DNA of 64,000 bases from Vitrella brassicaformis CCMP3155 (lineage: Eukaryota > Protista > Chromerida), in assembly GCA_001179505.1 (NCBI GenBank), contig CDMY01000308.1:63637-127636 (forward strand). The letters are read 5' to 3'. Within the stretch, counting starts at the first letter, position 1; every line of letters begins with the position of its first letter. Position numbers and translations under genes: made by a program. The notes below the pieces were generated by a model, which was given only the letters and a program-made list of their open reading frames with translations, had not been told where the DNA came from and did not search any database. Below are positions 50,149 to 59,924 of the stretch, piece by piece.

Positions 50149-53100
50149 TCAGGCGATGGTCCAGTCGATCTTGTGCGGCTCGGGTGTGGTTTGTGCACAC
50201 GGACGGCACCACTTGTTGTACGTCCACAACTCCCACCGCACGCGGCACGTCTTCGCAACATCTATGGGAGTTTTGCCCTGTTGCGAGAAGAATGACAGGC
50301 AGAAGGACAGGCATCGAACTCTCCATCGATGTGCCATCCACCCACGCCTGCATACCGTCCCGTTCTTGACTCGCACCAGATCCGAAGCGCCCCATCTCAG
50401 CAGCAACTTGACGGCCTCAAGACGATCGTAGAATGACGCCCAGTGCAACGCGGTGTTCATACCCATGAACTGCACACCATAGAAGTCTTTTTGTGTGTGT
50501 GTGTCTCTCTCTCTCGTTGTCTGTGTGTGTCTCTCTCTTTGTGTGTGTGTCTGCCTGTCTGCCTCCTGTTTGTCAATATATTCATCAGCGCACATCGAAT
50601 TGTGTGAGGGCGTCAGGGCCTCTCCAGCTGTAGAGGACTTTCATCGGCTCGATGGCGCCCGTAGACGCAGCCCGCATGAACGGCGTCTTGCCGTTCTGCA
50701 TAGGTCATCAAGGAACACACGACACATCGAAGACAGCCGTATGGATCGCTTCCCCGCTCACGATGTCTCTAGCGTCGAGCAGCTGCAACGGCCCTAGCAC
50801 GAGGGACCCCCACCCCAAAAGCTGTCTCACAACTCCTGCGGCCGGATCGCCATGCTCCTTCGCGGCTATGTGGAGCGCCGTCTCGCCAAGCTGCATGCAT
50901 AATTAGTTGTGACCATTACATGCAGACGAATCAGATGTGTAAGGGATGTTACACGTACTGCGTCTTGTTGTGTGAGAAGCGCTGGCGTGCCGTAGTCGTT
51001 GTAGATGACGTTCAAGACGGCATACTTGCCGTTCTGGGCAGCGAGACTCGCTGCTATGTGCCACAAGGTGTAGCCTTCGGCATCTGGGACCTGATGCAAA
51101 CACCTCATGTTCGCATGCACCGTCATTGACTTGACTTGATCTCTGTAGAAGTTTGCACTGTACCTCGAGTATGTGCTTGCCGTGAAAGTCGATCCAGTTC
51201 TTCACTTTGTTCAATCGACCTGCTTCACTCTCGTCGGACGTAATAGCCGCAACAATCCGCCCAATGTCTCTCTGCACCCATGGACAGAAAACAATAGGGC
51301 ACACGTATGCAGCATCTTATGGCGTGTCACAGCTCGCTATCTATCTCTCAGAAAGACACACCTGCGCCTGGCTCTCCATCGCATTTCGGACGTCCATGTT
51401 CTGAGCCAGATCCATCGGTGTTTTGTCCTGCATAAGATAATGGGGTGGACAGTGGCGTGTCTCCTTTTGTCCAGCTTCTCAGCTCACCAGTACGTTCTTG
51501 ATGTACAGGAGAGAAACCGTAAGGTCGGCCCACTGAAGCAGGAGTTTGACTGCCTCAAGCCTGCCCATCACTGCAGCCTTGTGGAGAGCGGTATTGTGTT
51601 CCTGCAGACACACAGACACAGAGGGAAGCCGGTTGGAGTGCATGTCTCTCTCCAGCTGCCTATACGGACGGACTGTTCTATGTCTATACGTACATCGTTT
51701 TGCTGAATGAGGAGCTCCTTGCGCTTCTCCTCGGCTGTTTTGTTATAGAGCAGCCGCATGACGTCAATTTTGCCGCTCAACACAGCATACTGGAACGGGG
51801 TGTCGTTCATCTGCGTGCATGCGTACATTAAGGCAGACGGGCCGATCTGTACTGACGTGTCTTCCCGTCTACATACTCGCGATCGGGCGTCGATGAGGTC
51901 AGCTGACCACTCCAATATCTGCTCGACAACCGGAAGATGTCCGTGAAACGCCGCGTAGTGGATTGCCCTCTGACCAGCCTGCATACAGATACATGCACAT
52001 GCACATGCACATGCAGATCTATAGGTCCATTCACGCCTCGTGCAGCCATCTGTGTGTCTCCCATCCCGTTTGGATGTGGTGTTCACTCACGCTGTCTGCC
52101 TGTTCCAAAATCGACGGCCCATACGCATCGTACATCACTTTGAGCAGCTCACAATGGCCGGCAATCGCGCCTTGTAGAAACGCAGTTCCCTGGCATACAA
52201 ATGATCAATCATCGACCATAGAGAGAATGACGGTATTGTATCCATGGATACGCTCTGCGAATCTCTTTGGTCGAGGATATCCTTGCCATGCAACTCTATC
52301 ATTCTCTTGACGGTCTCCACATCGCCAGCCTTGGCCGCAGTAGACATCGTCTCGATGTCTTTCTGCGCACGATTGGTCAGGCAAGCAATGGAGCAGCCAG
52401 CTGTTACGATGAAGAAGCAACCCTCAGTGCGTGTCTGACTTGTTGAGGTTCCTTGCGGAAGACTCCCGGTGGCTTGACAGTGCTGGGCGGCCCGGTAATG
52501 GTGGATCCCATGCTCTGCGGGGACGGACCGATGGGAGACACACCGATCGGCGAAATTGGGGCAGGCACAGGCGAAACATACACAGGTCCTGCATGCGGAC
52601 AGGAAGCAAGCAATTCACATCCTTGTGTGTGATTCTTAATCGTCTTCATCGTGGGACAGACCTGGCGGAAGACGCAGCTTCTCCAAAAGCTACCAGAGGA
52701 AGAAACAACATGTGGAAGGGAGCAAGCTAAGCACATGTAGATCACCTGTTCCGCTGTGGGTCTGTCAGCGGGATTGTAGGCAAAGCAACTCTGACGGACG
52801 GACACAAGGCAAAGACAAAGAAGCGACCGATACACAAGATACGAAAGAAACACGCCTCTTCTTGTTGTCCTTTACCTTGATTGCTTTCTGCACGTGCTCA
52901 GAGAGCGTTGTCGGAACCTCTGGGATCTGACAGAGGGAAGCGAGGGCGTCAAATAGAGATGTCACAAAGGACTGTGCGGACACCTCGGCACGAACAACGT
53001 GTGGAGCGCGTACCTTCTTGTTGACCACAACGTCAGTCATTATTCTCACTCCGGGCTTGCCGTCAAATGGGGGTGGACCTCCATGAACTTCCGTGAGAAT

Positions 53101-54258
53101 GCCCCCGAGAGACCAGATATCACTTGCCGCTGTCAGATCGCCCACTGAGATGCCATGGAGACAAAAGAAATTACCCACGGATCGTTGACGAAATGCTGCA
53201 CTGCAGCTATCCTCTGATTGGTCGCTTACATTTTTCGTCATACGCTTCAGGGCCCATGTACGCATGTGTCCCGCCTCCTGCACGTGTGAGCACATCAAGA
53301 ATTGGAAGCTAATGCTGGTCCCTACAACGTGATGTGCGTACTTGTTGACGTCTTCGTTGTCCTTTGGGTGTTTCTAGTCATGCCGAAGTCACTTATCTTC
53401 ACAACCAGGCCCTCGCCCAGCTGCGAGTAGGATTAATGAATATGACACCGATAGAAAAGGCATGCCATCCTGATTGTCGTGACTCACCAACAGGTTGCCC
53501 GGCTTTAGGTCACGGTGTATGATTCCCATTCGGTGAAGATACTGAACGCCCTCACATATCTGACACACAACGGCAGGCAACGACAGGTAGACAAATTGAT
53601 AAGAGAGCATTGGCTCGCCTACTTCTCTGGCAAACTTGCCGCGAAGTTCAGGCGACAGGGGCTTGTGTTTGGCAAGATATGAGGCCAGAGAGCCCCCCTC
53701 ACATAACTCTGCACAGGAAGAAAAGGGCAATCGATGCCGTACAAATGAGACATAAAGCTGACCTGTGACAATCAACAGTCCACGCTGATCAGAACAAATG
53801 CCCAAGAAACGGACGATGTTGGGATGGTTTAGATGCATCTTAGAAATCCAAAGACAAAGAGAGACACTGTTCAGGAAGGGCAAAACGCCGGCGACGCAAC
53901 CGCTTACAAAATGTCCGGCCTCGCTCAGCACCTCCTCCATCACCTCCTGGGGCCCAGGCAGACAGATGCCATTGTACGTGATCGCTATGAGAGCTGTGTG
54001 TCATCTGTGTACATGTCTGGCGAGCTCGTTGCTGATTTCCTCGTTAGCGACCTTGACAGCCACTGGCCGTCCCTTCCACAAGCCCCGTCCCGAAGGCTCC
54101 CCGCCCTGTGGAACAAGCGAACACAACAAAGACCGAGGGACTGAAACTGCTGATTCTCCCTGGGCCCACCGACCGATCTTGTCGTCCTCGCTGAAGGTGA
54201 GATCCTTTTGCTTGATCACCAAGTTTGGTTGTGACATGCTGCATGGGACAGAATCCAT
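50149..54258 (-). CDS. TKL-like protein kinase followed by two blocks of ankyrin repeats; apparent frameshift in the Gly-rich loop
   Basis: IGRGAFGT / LWKGRPVAVK, HLNHPNIVRFLG, ELCEGGSL, YLHRMGIIHRDLKPGNLL, VKISDFGMTR, GTHAYMGPE, SDIWSLG, CFAYNPADRPTAEQ. ANK repeats RAIHYAAFHGHLPVV, DTPFQYAVLSGKIDV, NTALHKAAVMGRLEAV, ETALHIAAKEHG, KTPFMRAASTG, NTALHWASFYDRLEAV. Stop at 50149. Confidence 0.85.
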
Positions 54259-54871
54259 ACACGGAAAGGGGTGCCATGGTCATTCCTTTCGCCCTTTCGG
54301 CGCGGGGGGGTTACCTGACTGCAACTGGCGTTTGCCCAGCGTCGGGGCTTGCCGCTTGCCCGATCGTTCCCTGGGCGTTACTGACTCTCTGGCCCGCTTT
54401 GCTGGAGGAGCTTCCCATTTCCAAACAGGCACAAACGGGGAGGGAAGGGAAGGTTGGGGCCGCCTGGCCCCAACCCTTCGGCGCGGTGATCAGAATGCAC
54501 CGCCTCGCATTGACATATCAATTGTCGACCTGGTGGTACACATCACGTATTCACATTGGCAGAGAATCCATTCGTCATGCAGGCCATGAGTGACTCAGTC
54601 AGTCAGGCAGTCAGTCGAATCGTTCATTCAACCATGCCACCAACAATCTCACCACACGCACTCCACAGAGAACACAGCATGCATCCACCCCTCCATCCAT
54701 CCATTTCCACCCATCAGTCCGTCCATCTCAAGCATCCCCACCGCCGGCTGCCGTAGGCTGCCGTGGCCACGGACAAGCAGTGAGCCTCACTGTACACGCA
54801 GATGAGAGAGATGGACATATCAGTCCGTTAGTCTACATCTGCGGGTAGATCATAGTCGAAAGATGAGTGAA

Positions 54872-56271
54872 TCACTCTACGTCCAGCTTGTTGCCGAACA
54901 GCCTCTGTGCGTCGGCCCCCATGACCTGCCGCGCCACCTGCACCGTCAGCGGGAACCTGGCGGCCCCCTCCCTGCCAGCCACAGGGCGCTCCGTGGTGAA
55001 CAGGTAGACGGAGGCGCTGATTACGTAGACGTAGGCCTGGAATGTGTGTCCCGGCTGGTCGCCGTGGATCACTATCACACTGTGGAAGCCTTCTGCTGCC
55101 CACGGCTGGTGGACCGTGCTGGTGGTGTGGCAGTTCCACACGGGCGGCGGCTGCCTGGTGAGTTCCCGCTGAAGAGAAAAGGAGAGAGGAAATGGTTGAG
55201 CCGCGCATCTCGTGAGGCATCCGTGTGTAGATGTGTGTCTAACTTACTGACCAGCCGCGCATGGCGTACGGCATTCTCGTGCGGTAACGCGAACTGCGAG
55301 GCGGCCATCTGAACCTGATGGACTGACTCCCATACACATACTGAGGAGACACACCATGAAAGAGAATTCTAGCGAATTGTGTGTATGTTAGTTATGCTCC
55401 TCTTATGATCCTGTTACTTCTGCACGACGGCATCGCGAACTGAGGCATAGTCATGGCCTGCAACAAGACATACACACATGCAACCACATGATGAATCATC
55501 CACCGCTATTTCCCCATCCATTCTCCCTTTCTCACCCTGATGACCACACACGGGGTTGTTCGGGTCAAATCTATCGCGGAATGGGTGGTTGGCCGTCAGC
55601 GTCTGCAGTGTGACGATGGTCAGCTGACTGCCGTCAAGCCACTCCTCGCCATTCACGCGCTCGAGCGTCGCGTCACCACGATGGCTGATGCGCCGCCCGA
55701 TAAACGACAGCTGCCGCAGCGCCTCACACCGCCCGTCGAACACCGCCCGGCTGCCTACCGCCTCCACGTCAGCACTATGCAGCTCTATCGGCCATTTCCC
55801 CGGCCCATGCCCCAGATGCTCCGCCATCCTCACTATGGCCTCCCACCCCACCCACGCGCCGCCATTCTCGATGACATACTGCCGACACACACAGACATGA
55901 CAACAGACACAGCAAACGTGAAAGCCGGAGTGCGTCCAACTGAGTACCAGCAGCCGCAGCAGGAAGTCCATCGGCCGCAGCTGGTCCCTCCGCGCCCGCC
56001 GCGGCACCCGATAGCTGACGACATTCTGGATGGCCTTGGCGACAATCAGGCGGTCTATCTGCGATTTGAGGTAGTCATCCGACACACGCTGGCTGCCGAG
56101 GGGGCATGTGTGCCGAAAGAGAGCGAGGCCGTCAGCGCCAATTGCGAAAAACAGCTCCCGCTCGATGTCCTGCGGCAGGCGGAACAAACAGGGCGGCTGA
56201 TTGGCCGAATCAGCAGCAGCGCTGGAGGCGGCTGCTGAGGCCGCCACCGGGGCCTTCTGTCGTTTCCTCAT
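54872..56271 (-). CDS. Lineage-specific hypothetical protein, paralogue A2 (F-box-like N-terminal motif)
   Basis: MRKRQKAPVAASAAASS..CLFRLPQDIERELFFAIG; three exons in frame; ends FGNKLDVE-TGA at 54872-54874; homologous to A1. Confidence 0.75.
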
Positions 56272-56383
56272 CCCTACACTGCAGCAGCTGATCCCTCCAC
56301 AGCAGCGGTTTCAAGTCCCCTGTCGGTCTGTAACATGGTCCCCGCGATTTGGCCAAGCTCGCCGCGAAACCCGAAAGGGTGCG

Positions 56384-56391
56384 AAACCCTA
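56384..56391 (+). promoter_or_regulatory. Telo-box-like AAACCCTA in the 144-bp gap between A2 and TMCO1 starts
   Basis: gcgaaaccctaggg at 56381-56394; exact match to the plant telo-box; function inferred. Confidence 0.3.
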
Positions 56392-56415
56392 GGGCTGCGT
56401 TTTCTCCGCGTACAG

Positions 56416-57390
56416 ATGATAAGTGACATTCACAAGACGGACACTCTCTGGGTGCCATTCTACGCACTCATCGTGGCTGTTGTCAGTGAATGTGAGTGAG
56501 CACGAGAAGAGCCGGGACGCACAGATCTCTGTGGTTCTCTTGTGTTGTGTGCTTGTGTCTGCAGTTCTGAGCTGGCTTTTGATCTATCGGACGTCGCAGT
56601 ACAAGAAGATCAAGAACGACGTCGACAGAGCCGTCAAGAAACGTAAGCCGAAATGACACGGGACCGATCGCTGGCTGATGCCGTGACTGTGTGTGTGTGC
56701 CTGTGTGTGCGGTGCCTCCCTCCCTGATGCGTCAATCACTCACTGCGTCACTGACGTCAGTGAGCAGGAGTAAGGATGCAGTGGTGGGTATCCTCAACAA
56801 GAAGGCCCAGAGTAAGAAGATCAAGGACGACGAGAGGGAGCTGCAGAAACTCAACCGCGACATGTACTCCATGCGCATGAAGGGGCAGTTCTTCCTCATG
56901 TTGATCATGGGCGCCTTCTACGCTATCTCAGCTTCTTCGTAAGAAGCTGTCAGCCAGCCAGCCAGCCAGCGGGGGTCAAACAAGCGACCGACCTCACTCA
57001 CACACACGCCGGCCGACCGGCCGGAATGTGGACCTCTGTGTGAGTGTGTCTGCAGGTTCGAGGGCATTGTGGTGGCGAAGCTGCCCTTCGAGCCGCCCTG
57101 GTTCCTCCACGGCCTCACACACAGGGGGCTGGTGGGGCAGGACTACACCGACTGCTCATATTCCTTCTTGTACGTCATCTCGACCATCTGCCTACGCATC
57201 AACCTTCAAAAGCTCCTCGGTCGGTGGGCGGTGGGGGGCAGTGCACACCCACACATATGGGATGGGTCCCTTGAATGCTCTGTGTGTGTGTGTGTGTGTG
57301 TGTGCTGCAGGGACGGCGCCGTCCGCCGCTCAGGCTCAGATGATGCCAAGCGGGTTCCAGTTGCCCGACCAAGCCGCCGCAATGAGATGA
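56416..57390 (+). CDS. TMCO1: TMCO1 (EMC3/TMCO1 family ER membrane protein)
   Basis: MISDIHKTDTLWVPFYALIVAVVSE|FLSWLLIYRTSQYKKIKNDVDRAVKK..KLNRDMYSMRMKGQFF..FEGIVVAKLPFEPPWFLHGLTHRGLVGQDYTDCSYSFLYVISTICLRINLQKLL; stop at 57388-57390. Confidence 0.92.
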
Positions 57391-58101
57391 ATGAATGAAT
57401 GACGCTCTCTCTGATGATGGGATGCAGGCGGACGGCCGGACACCAATCAACAGAGACAGACAGACAGACAGAGAGGGAGGGATGGAGGCGTCAATGGCTC
57501 TCTGTGAGGCGACTGGCTCTCTCTGTGAGTGCGAATGACTGCATGGATTTTGTGCCCATTCGTTAAGACTTCAACGAGCAGACAGGGACTCTTGGCGCCA
57601 ACTGCATGAGCCTCCACCTGTCGGTCAGTCAGTCAGTCAGTCTGACACTCATTCATCCCTCCATTTATGTGTGTGTCCGCGCGCGTGTGTGTGTGTGTGT
57701 GCCACACAAGATGCGCTCCCAATCTTCAAGCTTGCAGATTGGGAGCCATTATGGACACATCAAAATTGTTGAACGGACAGGCAAAATCGGTACATGCAAG
57801 ATGAGACAGGGACCAAAAATACACATGCACCATCCCGTCCCCGCGCACATATCGACACCATCAAGGGAGACAGGCAGCGGCACAGCAAGTGTCCGGACCA
57901 TCTTGACCACACACACTTACGGCAGTCAGACAGTCAGGCTGTCAGCTATCGACAAGAGATCGGAATATCTCCATCTGTCCACCCGACCGTGTGTGTGTGT
58001 GTGTGTGTGCATTGTCTACCTTTCTCGGCCGACCGGGTCTGATGGATGAGTGTGGCCGTCTCATCTATTATCTACTGTCTGTCTATGTGTCTATGTGTCA
58101 G

Positions 58102-59736
58102 TCAGAAGTCTTCGTTGAGCGAGAAGTAGTCCTTGGGGTGGGTGTCTGAGCCCGACAGGCACACCCGGATGTGCCGCGAACCGGTGCTGGGCTGCACCTC
58201 CTGGCCCTCACACTGCATCAACCAACCACACCATACACACGTTGATGGTGTTGAAAAGTCCTCCTCCCATCTGTTCTGTGTGGCGTGTGTACCTTGCTGG
58301 TCATCTCTTGTGTCATGGCTGTGTATGGGTTGGGGGTCATGAAGGCCTTGCCGTGGGACAGCGACTCCAACACGCTGTCGGCACACCACTTGTGGTACCC
58401 CACCAACTCATCTAGAGAACAGATGACACCACACACCACACATATATCGGTGCACTCGTGTGTGCGAGCACACACCGACCTCTGTTGATGCCCATGCTTT
58501 GGTAGTCGACGAGGGCGTCCATCGCCGCAACGCTCTTCTCAACCGCATCCTTGGCCATGCACACAACCTGGCACACACACATAACAACACATCCATACAC
58601 ACGCATCCACGTGCATCCAGATGTGTGTGTGTGTGTACCAAGTCGTTAGGGAGTTTGTGTGTGAGCATTCGGTAGAGGAGTGCGGCGAAGTCGCTGTGGG
58701 CCCGCTCGTCACGGCCGATCAGCGACTGCACCTGCACCAGCCCCGGCAGCAACTTGCGCCCCTTCAACACGTACGCTACCACATCGGTGCCTTGTCGACC
58801 GATCATCACAAAGAGAATCAACACATGGGTGCCGGCCTAGTGGGATGTGTCAATATGCACGCGCTCACCGGCTGAGAAGAGTCGCTTCATGAGTGCGCAC
58901 CCGGCGGCCTTCTCGGCGAATGGTGTGTCGGTGCTGCAGTGCTCCTTGACGTACGCACCCAACCCCTGCACGGCCGGCATGCACAGCAACTCCTGCACCA
59001 CACACACACACACACACACACACTGCACTTGCCCATCGATGGGCACGTGTGTGTTTGTGACCTTGATGTCGGCCTCCCTCTGTGTGGGGTCCGGCATGAG
59101 TGTTTCTGCGAGGTAGGTCTGCGCCTCCCGGTGTATGTTCTCCATGGCCACCTGCATGCCGTAGAAGGCGCGCGCCTCGGGGATCGTCACGTCACACAGC
59201 AGCCGACACGACAACACCGACAGATTCCCATACACACTACCATTGCTGCACACCCCCACACGTCCACACACGAGTGTGTGTGTGTTTGTTGTGTGGGGGC
59301 TGATGTGGTCCCCCACCTGGCTGAGTTGAGGAGTGTGAGTTTCTTGACGCTAGTGATGGCCTTGTCGGGGAGCGTGGCGAGGCCGCCGGCGTCCTGCGCG
59401 AAGTCGATCTCCTCGGCCGTCCAGAAACACGCCTCGTGCTTCTTGAACATGTCCTGAGCAAACGATGCCATCCACAGAGAGCCATGCAGCAGATGGCAGA
59501 TCATCATGCAGATCAGATCAGCTCACCCAAACTTGAGGGTACGCGATGGGCAACACTACCTACACCCACATCACACGGCATACCCACACACATCCATCCA
59601 TCCATCCATCCATCCATCTCCCCTTGTGAAGGTTTCGTTGGTCCACACTCACCCATCTACCGGGGTTGTCCTTCAAGATCTGCTCCTCCGCCTCGTGGCC
59701 TCGCAGCGCCGCACGGCAAGAGGACACGTCCATCAT
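58102..59736 (-). CDS. RRM2: Ribonucleotide reductase small subunit (R2)-like paralogue lacking key catalytic residues
   Basis: In-frame exons: EQILKDNPGRW|VVLPIAYPQVW|DMFKKHEACFWTAEEIDF..SNGSVYGNL..IPEARAFYGMQVAMENIHREAQTY..PFAEKAAGCALMKRLFS..LLPGL..IGRDERAHSDFAALLY..WCADSVLESL..TPNPY..KDYFSLNEDF-TGA. The symbol denotes the family; this is a divergent paralogue. Confidence 0.85.
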
Positions 59737-59924
59737 CCCAACACTACACCTGAAAGTCGCCTCAATCCGCCGCTACGGTGCCAGTGGCTGTGCGGCTTGC
59801 GTCCTCAGCTGCACACAGCGGCTGAAACGAGGCGAAAACACATCAGTTCGACCGGATGACATGAGCTCGCAAGTGAGGTGGGCGGCGCGGAGCGGGTTTG
59901 CAGCTTGTAGATTGATGTGTAACG

